From NCBI RefSeq assembly GCF_018977255.1, contig NW_024704742.1, positions 130,140,001 to 130,204,000 of the forward strand: a DNA stretch of 64,000 nt, given 5' to 3'. Shown here one piece after another: positions 36,373-48,779 of this stretch. The notes below the pieces were generated by a model. That model was not told where the DNA came from. It ran no database searches and was given only the letters and a program-made list of their open reading frames with translations. The DNA is from Callorhinchus milii (taxonomy: Eukaryota). A program made the position numbers and the translations under genes. How positions within the stretch are numbered: the first letter of the stretch is position 1; each line of letters begins with the position of its first letter.

Positions 36373-37620
36373 CTCCAGCAACGCACTGAGCCAGACAAAC
36401 GGCCCCCAGCAATCGGCGACTGACACAGAGAGACTTTCCTACATGCGCTCTATCCAGCACGTCCCCAGCAGGTAAACACTGACACTGTCCACTCACAGGG
36501 AGCTCTCACAGGGCACACCAGCAAGTGGTTCCACAGAGATACAAACAATCAACAGGCCCTGTGATCAGGTGGAGGTCGGAGCCAGGTAGATCAGCCTGGA
36601 TGTAACTTAACAAAAGATTTTTGTTTCTCCCGCGAATATTTACAATATTTTTTTAAAAAAATATATAATAATAATAATAAAAATATATCTTTTAAAGTCA
36701 ATTCACTTTACAATATATTCTGTGAAGCGCTTTGAGATGTCCCAATGACGTGATAAGGTATTATATCAAATATTATTAATATTATTTTTAACCAGGAAAC
36801 AAGTAACCAACACACACTCTCCCTCTATCTCTCTCTCCAGCCTTTCAAAGTGTCAGGAGTTGTTGCCATAGGAATGCCAAACACAGGGTTGTATCTCCTG
36901 TACAGAATCGTTTCAATTTAAATGTTTAATAAGATCTATATTTTATATAAGAAATGGGAAACAGAAAGTGTTTGTTCTGTGCTAATGCATTTAGATTGCA
37001 CCCAATGGAGAAATATATATTATATTTTTATACATATATAAAAACTTATTCAAAACGTGGCTGTCTATGTAGACTGGGATGATCTCCCTTTACAGTATAT
37101 TCTGTGAAGTGCTTTAAGACGACTCAACGACATAAGGTGCTATATTATAATAATCCTTGCATTTGATATTGCGCCTATTCACGTCGTTGAGACGTCTCAA
37201 ACCGCTTCACAGAATATATTGTAAAGTGTGCACAACAGTATTCCACAAACCATGGTGGATTGAGTGACCAAATTATTATTTTTTAAAAGGGATTATTACT
37301 CCCGGAAAGCGATCAGCCAATCGACTAACAACCAAGTTCTTACTTACTGCTGGGTAAACAGAGACGTGTGGAGTAAGGAAACTTGCCTAAGGTTTCGCTC
37401 TTTCGCTCTTGCTATATCAAATGCAAGGATTATTATATGATGTTCACCTACAAAATACAGTCACTCCACTTCACAGCACATTCTGTGAAGCTCTTTTATA
37501 CGTCCTCCTGCCAGACGTGAAAGGTACTATTCCAAATGCAAGGATTATTATTATTAATAATAATGATCTTGGAACTTCATCCTGGAGTCCCTGACCCTCA
37601 GCCCTCCCCATCCCACTTGT

Positions 37621-37941
37621 AGAGTCCTGTAGCTCAGTGGTTAGAGCACTCGCTTTGCAAGTGAGACACCTGGGTTCAATCCCCGGCAGGTCAGGGCGAA
37701 ACCTTGGGCAAGTTTCCTTACTCCACACGCCTAATAATAATCCCTCCAAAACAAAAAACAATAATAAATTGGTCATTTTCAATCTACGACTGTTTGTGGG
37801 ACATTGCTGTGCGCAATTGGCTGCTGCGTTCGCCCACAAATATACAGTCAATTCACTTTACAGTGTGTTCTGTGAAGCGCTTTGGGACGTCCTCCCGACG
37901 TGAAAAGCGCTATATCAAATGCAAGGATTATTATTATTATT
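37621..37941 (+). mobile_element. tRNA-derived SINE, full length (young subfamily)
   Basis: Near-identical to 48371-48674 and 61063-61376. Confidence 0.93.
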
Positions 37942-39061
37942 AAAACCCACCTTAAGACCTTTCCATTCAACTGGGCTTTTGGTCACCCCCCCAAAGGATT
38001 CTTCCACCCCCACGTCTGGCTCCCAATCAGCTCTGTTAAGCGAATGGAGACATCCTCTGAATGTGAAAGGTGTTTATATATAAATGTAAAATTGTTGTTG
38101 TTGTATCGTATGACACTGTTCAAAAGGACAAAGTGGTTTGTCCCCCGTGTCTTGTCCAGCAATCCTCCAGATTAGTTTATCGTTCACCTTCATAGTTGTT
38201 TGTGGGACTTTGCTATACAGTAAAACTGACTGTAAAGGGTCCTTTGATATGATAGCGGCCTCTGAAAATATAATTCTTTATCACTTCCCAGTATGCATAT
38301 GGTACATGGCTGTTTGTGATGCCTCACTAAGGCAAATGGTTTTTAATGTCTTCCAGCTTGTTTTTAAATGAATCCAGTTGCCTCGTCTTTTCCATCCTTT
38401 CTGGTAACCCTTTCAGTGGTTAATTGCCCACTGTGTAAGGAATGTCTTGCTGGTATCTGTCCTGAAATTGCCCGCCAGTATATAAAAATTCCTGATGTAT
38501 CCAAGGGATTTCCCAGTTACTTTGGGGGCTCAATATGCAGCAATTAGTTCAGATGCTGAAGCAACTGTGTATGTTCAAGTACCCCTCTCAAAAAAAAGTA
38601 TTTTTCCCTCATAAAGTCCAATAATATAAAGTGTGTGATGTTACTGTGACAATAATGCTGCAATACTCTTGTATTCCATTCCCAAATTACAGCAATAACT
38701 TGCATTTATATAACGCCCTTCATGCGGACAGTGTCTTGGAGCACGATGCCGAGCCGGGAGGAGGGGGAAGGGGGGTAATAACCATTAGCATGGTCAAAGA
38801 AGAAGGTCTTCGATTGGGATCTAAAAGAGGGGAAGGAGGGAACAAGACAGAGGGATTGAGGGAGAGAGTTCCAAAGCTTTGGGGCGTAGTGGCTGAAAGC
38901 CAGGCCACCTGAGCAGGAACAAGGAAAGATTTTCCAAATCCTCTCACAAAGACAACACCCTTTAAACACCTGCCATGAATTGTGGCCTCCAATGAAATGG
39001 ACCAAATAATGAAAAATAAACTAGTTTCTAGCAAGTTTAATTCAGACTCTCTAAGTGTTAA

Positions 39062-39261
39062 TTACTGACGTTTCAAAGTCCCCATGGGGTTTGCGACTAC
39101 AGCTGAAGAAGAGGTATCTGTATTGGACGATGGAAAAATCCTTTGAACAAAAGCTCCAGGTCCTTCTGTGATGTTTATGAACTCTGATTCATCTTCTTCA
39201 TTACCTGTCAGCACTGCATTCCGTAAATTGGTCATCTCTGCAAAGGGCAAGTAGGCCTCAC
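39062..39261 (-). CDS. FAM221B: FAM221B coding exon 6
   Basis: TTTTAG|GT; EAYLPFAEMTNLRNAVLTG...TLKRQ*. Confidence 0.9.
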
Positions 39262-42200
39262 CTAAAACCATATGATTTGTACATTTCAATAACAGGAGAA
39301 ATCATTCCAACAACAATAACAACTACAAACAACAAATTGCATTTATATAGCGTCTTTCAAGTTGGGAGGACATCCCGAGGTACTGGGTAATAAGGGGTTT
39401 GCACCCAAGCTGCGCGTTGGGTTGATGATGATAATAATAATTATAATAATAATCCTTGCATTTGATATAGCACCGTATCACATCGTTGAGATGTCTCAAA
39501 GCAGTATATATTTTAAAGTAGATTGACCATGTATTTTGTGGGCGAAACATGGTAGCCAATTGCGCACAGCTGTGGGATCAGAGATTCCAGTAGGGAACAG
39601 ATGATCAGAAGCAAATAGTATACAAATATGAATACTGGATTGAAATTTCACCCGGATCTAGATTTTTTTTATTGTTTCAATGTATCCAGAATTTGAGTTC
39701 AGCCTTATCTTTGAAGATGTTTTTAATAATCTTAGCGTTTGATGTAGCACCGATCATATCAGGAGGATGGCTTAAAGCGTTTCACAGGATTCACTGTGAA
39801 GTGCATTGACTGCGTATTTTGTAAGGGAATGCAACAGCCACTTTGCACACAGCGGTGGCATTCTGTAAAATCCATAAAGAAGTTACAGAAAATAAGCTTC
39901 AAAATTAAGTCTGCATTTAAGAATTCTGGACGTTCTGAAATGCCAAGAAGATAAGAGTTTGAAAATCAAGACCCAGGTGGAATTTCTACCCAAAGGTTCC
40001 CAGAGAAATATCATGGGAGTTGTAAGAGAATTAATGAAATATTACAATAATGTGTTTGTTGGCATTTTCTAAATATGCTTGATCACATTTTTCCCTGATA
40101 AATTAAATGGTAAATAACCACCCATCAAACTGAAAAGATCTTGTTTGGAAAGATGTTACTTGTAGCCAGCAAGTGGACTACAGTTTATTATTACAGCGCC
40201 TTGGGATGTCCTCCCGACGTGAAAGGCGCTATACAAATGTAATTTTGTTGTTGCCGTCCACTTACTGATTGCAAGTAACATCTTTCTCCTCTGTCACTGT
40301 TGAGTGCTCTGAAACACTACCCTGCACGAATGGCTCTATATAAAAGCAAGTTGTTGTTTTTGTTGTGATTTGACTACATCTTATCAGAACATCTGGTTTG
40401 AGCCTCAATTATCGTTCCTGGTTACCTGTTTCAATTGTTAATTATCCACTCAAAAAGAAATAATTCCTGATGTCCGTCCTGAAATTGGCCTTTGCAACTC
40501 TAGTTCAAGCTGAATTTATTCACCCAAAGTGCCACAATGTGGCCCCAGATAATGAGCACAATAAGAGTGGGCTTAGTATTGCTATTTCCTTACCATATGG
40601 GAGTCCATTTTGTTTTCTAGATTGCTCTGAATCAAAAAATGTTGCATGTTGTTCCCAGTGTTTATCACAAGCAGCACAAAGGAAGTTGGACTCAAACTGT
40701 GAGCAAGGACAACCTATTTAAAGACCATAACGATTTGAAATAATATTAGCATTGTTGAACTCAATACGCAAACTGCAAAGTCTTGCCTTATGCACCCACC
40801 TTATCCCCTCTGCTCAACCATTGGTGTTTGTGCTTTCAGCCACTACCCCCCAAACTTTGGAACTCTCTATCTCAATCCCTCCAACTTTCCCCCCTCAATA
40901 CCTCAAGTATCCCAGCCCAGCCTCACCCATGCTACATTTCTAGTGCTGACAATGTGTCGTACTGTGTAACCTGTGACTCTCTTAAGTAAGATTGTCCCAT
41001 TATTGCAGAGCCAAGAGCAGTTCCGCTCTGTGTAGTGGAGCACGTCTCCACAGTTACAAAAGTTGTGAGTCAGATAATAGATTTTTGTAAAAGGCAACGG
41101 GAATCCTTACGGGTAAATGAGCACTTGACCATTCGCTACAGGTTGCTGCGCCAGCACTCCCATCCGTAAGGTGGACTATTGTGTTTTACAGATACCAAAT
41201 CCAAATATGGAAAGCATAATCACAAAACAGGGAGAAAAATGGCAGTCAGGCAAGCAAGAGGAAGGCAATAGCACTTACGTTAGTGGTCCTTGTGTATCTC
41301 AAGACCCTACTCTTCGACTCTATGGCTACCCTCCTACCCTTACTCTCCCTGCCCTGCAACCCTCCTGATGCCAACCCCCAGCTCAGGTCCAAATCCCTAA
41401 TTGTCCAACACTTTGGAACATCCTCCCAACATGAAAGGCGCTATATAAATGTAATTTGTTGCTGCTGTCTGTTAACTTACCACTAATAGTGCAGTGATGG
41501 CTTCCAGAGGGATCATGCTCTTCGTGGGAATGTTTACAACGGCATTTTGCTCTCCAAGTCCTTGGATCAAAATTGGGTCTTTTTCTCAGCCAGAATTCTC
41601 CTACATCCTCAGGGCGGGCTGGGACGAATGCAAAAGCCTTGCATTGGCAGAAATTCACAGCACAAGGAACGCGAACACTTTGAGCTGATCAGAAGGAATA
41701 ATATCAGATCATAGAAGACTTGTGTTACAATCTTAAAGGTAAAAAGGAAGAGTAATTTTATTTCACTCTGGCCTGCTCTACGTCCCCCGCTCTACCTGCC
41801 CCACCATCAGAAATCGGGCCTTCAGCCTTTCTGCCCCCACCCTTTGGAACTCCATCCCACAGTCCCTTCACCTCACTCCCTCTGCTGTCTCCTTCAAAGT
41901 CCATCTCAAGACCTTCCTCTTCAACCACACCTTCGGTCACCCTCCTACACCCACGCTCCCTGTGCTCTACCTCTCCTGATCTTAACCCCCAGCTCAGGTG
42001 CACATCCTTGAGTGTCCAGCACTTTAGGATGTCCTCCTGACATGAAAGATGTTATACAAATATAATTTATTGTTGTTGTTTACACAATTCAGATCAACAG
42101 ACTGTGACTCTAATGAACTTGAACTGCCTCCTCTTTCCATGACCACGTTTCCTTGTAGTGAAGCGTTTATTAGGATCCAATGATTTACTCTCTTTGGGCA

Positions 42201-45200
42201 GGAGGGTCCCATTGGAGCTGAGCTGTCTCCAAGGTCACACACATGCCTGGCAACAGAATATCTCCATTGAGTCAACCCTCTGCGGCAATCTCAAGAGGCC
42301 CAGTACACAAGTTGGTCAGCAGTACTCCTGGATCATCCAACCTGTCTCATCGGCAAGACTTGGGAGAGTAGACTGGGATACCGGGAGAATGGGATTCTTC
42401 CTATTTGTCTCCTGTTAACCCTGCAAGCTAAAGTCTTCACAGGTGGACAATCCCCCAACTAAAATTTTTCAACTACTTCATGGCTTTATGTTTGACGTTG
42501 CTGTATGCTCAAATTGGGTGCAACTTTCGCGAAAAGTAAGTCACTAATCTTTGCAGTAAAATCCTGTGATGGGCTTTGAGATGTCTCAACAGGGCAATAA
42601 GCTGCTAAAAAGCTCTGAGGAGATGGAGATCGGTGAGGAGGATCTTACAGTCCATCAGTGTTCCATAGTGCAATTGTGGGGTCTATCCACAAGAAGGATG
42701 ACCCTAGTGAGACCGATAACTACAGATAACTATGATTTCAGTGGCTCTTAAAGTGGTGCTTCGAGAAGTCACTGCACATGTATCACATGCACTGGAGGCT
42801 CATGGTTTGATCAGGAACGAGAAGGCTGGTTTCTGTTCTCGTGGCTTTGTATGAGATCGCAGAAAGTCGCAAGGCTTTCAACTTAGGCATCAGTTTCGAT
42901 TCCCAGCTATCCTTTGTACCCCACATCCGGTCCTTGGCGAGGACCACTTTCCTCCACCTCCGCCACATTGCCTGCCTCTGTCCATACTTCACTCCAAAGG
43001 CTGCTGAAGCCCTTGTCCATGCTTTCGTCACCTCCTGCCTTGGCTATTCAAATGCTCTCATCACTGGTCTCTCCTGCTCCACTATTCACACAATTCAACT
43101 AATTCAAAACTCTGCCAACCGCATTCTCACCTGCACTAAACTCCGTACCTCCAATACCCAAGTCCTTGTCAAACTTCAATGGCTTTCTGTCACAGAGCAG
43201 ATCGATTTCAAGATCCTCACTCTTGTATTTAAATCCCTTCATGACCTGGCAAACCCCTATCCCTCCAACCTGTTCCCTCCCTATGCTACTACACACTGCT
43301 TCCGCTCGAATGTCTCTGGCTTCCTCCTTGACCACTGGACCTCCACCTCACCATCAGGGCCATGCTTTCAGCCACTACACCCAGAAGCTGTGGAACTTTC
43401 TCCCTCAATCTCTTCACCTTACCTCCTCTCTCCCCATTTTCAGGTCGCACTTGAACACCTTTCTCTTCAAAGTCTGTTGGTTACTTTCCCCCTCCCCCGG
43501 CTTGGCATTGGGCTCCCCCACTGTTAAACACTCGGAGACTCCATCTGGTGTGAAGGGCACTATATAAATGCAAGTTGTTGTTGTAGTAGTGCCTCATGAG
43601 GCCCTCATGATGAAATTGGAAGCCATGGGAGTATATGACCAAATCTTGGATTTTATCCGGAATATGTATTCCAGCTTCAAGAACCATGCAAGGGTCAATA
43701 GTGGACTCACTGAGCACATCCTTCTGGAAAGAGTGGGGGAGGCGGGTGGGTAAGGCTGCCCATTGCACCCACCCTATTCGATGTGTTCATCAATGATGTA
43801 TTGGATGGCATCGAAGGGGAAGGACTTGGTATATCTGTTCCAGGCTTTTCTGACAGGATTGCGGGGCTTCTGTTTGCGGGGCTTCTGTTTGATATATTTG
43901 ATGATATTGTGCTAACGATGGACTCACCTGGGGAGCTTCTGCGCTGCACCCGCCATCTTAAACACCGGGCCAACCGGTGGGACATGGCGATAGGCGCCCC
44001 CAAGTGTGGAATCATGGTTCTGGATGGCCCAAGAGTACACATCGAGGGAAATGATTGGAAGATACAAGGGGCATCAGTCCCAATTGTTGACTCATATCGG
44101 TACGTCGGGGTCGTGGTGGACACCAACTTCAGCCTGGACACTGTCCTTAAGGACCGCACTGAGAAGAGGTGAAGGGCACTCTGCTCGTCCCTCTTCAAGG
44201 ACAGCAGGATCTCAATGCAGGTCAATCTTGCAGCATATAAGATCTCTGTGCAAACAGTCCTCCTTTTGGATCCGAGCACCTGGGGATGCAGTAGAAAGGC
44301 TTCCTCTGACCCATTTGCAAAGTCCAGGATCAAGCAGTGAGGTGGATTGTGGTAAACACGGGAAGTGGCTGCAGGGAGGGAGGGCTCCGGCCTACACTGA
44401 CCTGTCACTAAGCTCCCTGGAGGCGGAGTCTTGCAGGGAGTTCCTGGTACCTACCATCCACTTACTGAGGGCTCAAACCCACACTTGCTAGATGTCAAAC
44501 ACCGAACCACTGACTATTCCCTTTGAAGGAGAGGTAAGCGGGGTCTTCTTGGAGCTAAACTGGATTGAGGGTGACGTGTCTGGCAACAGAATCGAACTAG
44601 CTCTTCATGGTGGACTTGGTACTCCAGGCCACTGCTGATGGCAGCACAGCCAGCCTGGCTCATCAGCAGGACTTGGAGGAGCAGACCAGTCACTGGGGGC
44701 AGGGAATCATCCCATTCAGCTCCCGTTTACCCTGCAAGCCAAAGCCCTAAAGGATAGGGTGGTCCTAGCTGGACAAACAGCAGGAAAGATTGCCAAACTC
44801 TAATATCAATTGCAAGCTAATTAGACTCAACGCACCCTCTGCGGTGCCTTCGTCTTGACTCTTGCCAACCTGCGCCTAATACTTTCTGGAATTAGGTAGC
44901 AGAATGTTTCCCTCCAGGGAGAGATTGTGCATTCATTCCAACAATCTATCTCTAAAATTTGCATGCAAAGGAAATCTCTGCTTGGTTGGGTTACTCTTAA
45001 GCATGGTGATGGATTTTCGCATGTGTCAGACACCCAGCTGACCCAATTTAAAATAAAATGTACTATCCACTGAAACATTGAAGTACTTGTTTCGGAATAC
45101 ATTATCTCATTGTGCCTTTGTTTGCAGTTTTTGGCTCAGATACATAGCTTTACCCCTCACCTGAAAATCGCTCATGTTCGGCAAGCAGGTGGCCACAGAA

Positions 45201-47845
45201 ACACTTGGACTTTATTCCAACCCGGATGCAATCCCATTTGTACTCCGGAGATCTCCATCCAATATAGATTCCTTTCATTGTAACACAAACACCAATACAT
45301 TAGTTCACATGAAATAACGGTACCATCTAGCTCTTGCTTCCAATGCAGGGAGGTTCACATTAAACAGGAGCTTTCTTGTAAAAGGAAGAAGCTAAACTGG
45401 AAGTATAGTGTGCTGATCTCTCACACTGCTCCATGGAGTGTCAATTGTGAAGTCCTGTAGCTCACTGGTTAGAGCACTCGCCTCGCAAGCAAGAGACCTG
45501 GGTTCGATTCCCAGCAGGGCGAAACGTTGGGTAAGTTTCCTTACTCCACACACCACTGTTTACCTAGCAGTGAGTAGGAACCCAGTTGTTAGTCGATTGG
45601 CTTTTCCGGGGATAATAATTCCTTCAATAATAATAATAAATTGATCACTCAATCGATGACCATTGGTGGGACACACTGTGTGCAATTGGCCGCTGTGTTT
45701 CGCCCACAAGATATACAGTCAATTCACTTTACTGTATATTCTGTGAAGCGCTTTGAGACATCTCGAAGATGTGAAAATGCAAGGATTATTATTATTATTA
45801 TTATTAACCTGCGGCTTATATAGCTCATATCTTATATAGAATTACATTGTCTCCACCATTCCTAATTCCCTCTCCTGTAGCTCTCTATTCCCCTCTCCAT
45901 TATTTATCCATTGAGTTTCTCTTAAATAGATTGTTGCTTTCTGATTCAACCATAGCTTCAAGAAGCGAATTACACGTTATCACCACCCTCTGTGTAAAAA
46001 AGTTCCTCCTAACTTCCTTTTTAGATCTTGAGCTATGTCACCTTGATAAGGCAACGTGTGAAGCCAAGGCTGGCCTCACAAAGGAGTTTGCCTCAGTCTG
46101 TGCACATTTCTCCTTTGTCTAGTTTCAGAAGCTCCTGAGCAGGTCGTGCAGACAGTGAGTGCTGTGTGCAGGCCAAGACATGCAACCTCAGGATCTAAGT
46201 AATGTAGGATGTGTAGACACCAAGAAAGAAGAGGAAAATATATCTACAAATAGTAAGAAACAGGAGAGAAAAGCCATCTGTCTCAGGGAAATCATTATCC
46301 ATCTTGCCTCTGAGTTAGCCTCGTGATACAATAAATCACCGTTCTACATTACATACAACTTCCCAATGGCCATCTCTCTGAGATGCTATCCTACATGAAG
46401 AGAATTGTATAAATACAAGATGTTGTTGTCTCTGCAGTGTAACAACCCCTCCCTTCAGTCTAACTACCTCTCTTTCTGACTAACCGCCCATCTCTTTGAC
46501 TAAAATCCCTCTCTCTTACTATAAACACTGGCTGCATACTATGCACATTACAGGAGTCTGGGGCACACTATGGGAGCAGTAACTTCAGTCACCTAACCTG
46601 AACACTTACAGAAGTTGCAGCAAACTCACCTGACCTAATTGCATCCAGCGCTGCCTCTCTCTCCGGATCAAAAAGTTCTTTCACTCGAGCTCCGAATTGA
46701 TCTTGGTGCATCGCCTTCGCAACAGAGATGAGCTCCGCTTTATCGGCTGGGATTATGGGTTTCACTGTGTAACCTGTGAAAGGCAATTTGACGTTAGACA
46801 TAATTTTCTGGAGTCCTGCAACATAGTGGTTAGAGCATTCGCCTCGCAAGCGAGAGGACTCGGGCTCAGTTCCTTAGGCAAGTTCCTCACTACACACGCT
46901 TCTGTTTACCTAGTAGTAAGTAGGAACCCGGTTATTAGTTGATTGGCAGATCACTTTCTGAGGGCAATAATCGCTTATAAAAAATTAAAAATAAAAATTT
47001 GGTCACTCAATCCACGGCTGTTGATGGGACACTGCTGTGAGCAATTGGCTCCTGCGTTTCGTCCACAAAATACAGTCAATTCACTTTACAGTATATTCTG
47101 TGAAGAGCTTTGAGACGTCTCAATGACACGATAAGGCATTATATAAAATGCAAGGATTATTAAATTATTATTAATTTCCTATTTCCTGCCTGCTCTCACC
47201 TAGAAAGGATATGATATTGCACATCCGACAATGCAACACACCCCCAGGATTGCAGTGGAGTATCAACTTAGACTATGTGATTCCAAGTCCTGATGTGGGG
47301 CTTGAACCCACAACCTTCTGATTCAGAGACTGTGCCAGGCTCATGCAAATGTATCCATATAACAAAAAAACACACTACTGTACATATACAGTACTTATGT
47401 ATTAATATTACTAGCAATGCTTTCATTACTTCCCGCTCACAAAATATAGAGTCAATCCAGTATACAGTATATCCTGTTAAGCGATCTGAGACGTCTCAAT
47501 GATGCAATAAGGCATTATATCAAATGCAAGGATTATTATACTATAACAACTTGCATTCGCATAGCACATTATAATGTTAAATTCTAGCAATCTGTAACGA
47601 TAGAGAACGTGAATCACAACCTTAAAAGTGTTTCTCACTGTACCTTTTGGGGCCAGCATTACTTTGCCTTTTGAAAATCCTGATGGGAATGGCACGAGAG
47701 CCTGGTTACTGGGCCCGGGCACATTGCTCGAGCCTCTTCCTGTCGATCCCTTGACGCTGATCTGATTCTGTTTCTGAGATGGATACCTGGAGACAGGAAA
47801 CGGAGACTTCTCGGTGCGTTTTCCCCCGCCTCGACCGGCAGACAT
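39062..47845 (-). CDS. FAM221B: FAM221B, 6 coding exons, 326 aa
   Basis: Exons 47845-47644, 46773-46630, 45271-45161, 41684-41481, 40713-40594, 39261-39062 join in frame (981 nt); motifs VAKAMH, YIGWR...CFCGHLL, RPEDVGEFWL, CRCKHSHEEH, FESNFLCAACDKHWEQH. Confidence 0.93.
40594..40713 (-). CDS. FAM221B: FAM221B coding exon 5
   Basis: CPCSQFESNFLCAACDKHWEQHATFFDSEQSRKQNGLPY; G|GTAAGG. Confidence 0.93.
41481..41684 (-). CDS. FAM221B: FAM221B coding exon 4
   Basis: QSVRVPCAVNFCQCKAFAFVPARPEDVGEFWL...HHCTIS; G|GTAAGT. Confidence 0.93.
42870..43585 (+). mobile_element. Older L2 LINE 3' fragment
   Basis: NLGISFDSQLSF...HAFVTSCLGYSNAL...IDFKIL; 3' tail at 43530-43585. Confidence 0.9.
43590..45058 (+). 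mobile_element. Degenerate non-LTR retrotransposon of a non-L2/non-CR1 clade (RT fragment plus long 3' region)
   Basis: VPHEALMMKL, GCP..PTLFDVFINDVLD, GLLF...DDIVL, WDMAIGAPKCGIM; 3' region repeated at 14110, 42240, 49255, 50220 and elsewhere. Confidence 0.78.
45161..45271 (-). CDS. FAM221B: FAM221B coding exon 3
   Basis: IYIGWRSPEYKWDCIRVGIKSKCFCGHLLAEHERFS; G|GTGAGG. Confidence 0.93.
45449..45805 (+). mobile_element. tRNA-derived SINE, long subfamily
   Basis: Head with CTCGCAA loop; extra internal TGTTTACCTAGCAGT...GATTGGC segment; related copies at 20716, 22530, 46810, 57068. Confidence 0.9.
46630..46773 (-). CDS. FAM221B: FAM221B coding exon 2
   Basis: YTVKPIIPADKAELISVAKAMHQDQFGARVKELFDPEREAALDAIRS; G|GTGAGT. 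Confidence 0.93.
46810..47170 (+). mobile_element. tRNA-derived SINE, long subfamily
   Basis: Same structure as 45449-45805. Confidence 0.88.
47644..47845 (-). CDS. FAM221B: FAM221B coding exon 1
   Basis: MSAGRGGGK...MLAPK; G|GTACAG; phase fits the next exon; start codon less certain. Confidence 0.7.
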
Positions 47846-48116
47846 CGTGCATGTGGGTTGTCAGGCGTAGTCATCAAACTTCAGGCGGCCACTACAGCAC
47901 CAACCCGTGAACTTGCCTTGCCATTTCGACAGGCGCACTCGCGCTCAGCCACATTCAGCAAACGCACAAACACCGTCTCGAGAGGGTTGCAAAAAAATAA
48001 TATGAATAATAATGATAAAAGTCCTGCCAGCTTGTCAAGCTTTTTACCTCTCTGGAAGTGCCCTGCTCCTCACAAAGCATGTGAGGCAGTTGTTATGCAA
48101 TGGGTGAGCGTCCACA

Positions 48117-48129
48117 GTATCTAGGAGAC
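48117..48129. promoter_or_regulatory. RFX X-box-like site 5' of FAM221B
   Basis: GTATCTAGGAGAC (minus GTCTCCTAGATAC), next to a candidate non-coding-exon donor GAG|GTAAAA at 48047-48046. Confidence 0.5.
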
Positions 48130-48370
48130 GGCAGGCAATGAGAGTGACAGAGCAGAGTGATTGCTGGTTGGTGCGGAAGTCTCTGCTGGGAAGCAGCAGT
48201 GCAGTTGGACAAGTTAATCTGTGGATCAGGTTCAGGCTGATGGACAAGAAATACATTAATGAGGTTTCAGGAATCTGATTACAGGTGGGCAATAACATCA
48301 AACAAGGAACGTGCAACGGGTTAAGTTTATTTTTGACACTGCGCCAGCTGGAGTTTTTTTAATTTAACTT

Positions 48371-48674
48371 AATCCTTGCATTTGATATAGCACTTTTCAC
48401 GTCAGGAGGACGTCCCAAAGCACTTCACAGAACACACTGTAAAGTGAATTGACTGTATATTTGTGGGCGAACGCGGCAGCCAATTGTGCACAGCAATGTC
48501 CCACAAACAGTCGTAGATTGAAAATGACCAATTTATTATTGTTTTTTGTTTTGGAGGGATTATTATTAGGCGTGTGGAGTAAGGAAACTTGCCCAAGGTT
48601 TCACCCTGCCTGGAATTGAACTCAGGTCTCTTGCTTGCAAAGCGAGTGCTCTAACCACTGAGCTACAGGACTCC
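48371..48674 (-). mobile_element. tRNA-derived SINE, full length (young subfamily)
   Basis: Reverse complement of the 37621 copy. Confidence 0.93.
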
Positions 48675-48779
48675 TGTGGGGCCAGGATGGAAAATATCTC
48701 CCCTCTTCCTCTCCGAAAAGAAATCACTTATGCTGGGGTAGAGTTCTGTGGATATCGGCTGCCCTCTGGTACCTGACTC

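Noticed and set aside
45449..45521. SINE heads as extra tRNA-Ala genes (also 13177, 32497, 37621, 48674, 61063)
   Set aside because: Each continues into the same SINE body and L2-type tail, and lacks the G3-U70 acceptor stem of the real tRNA
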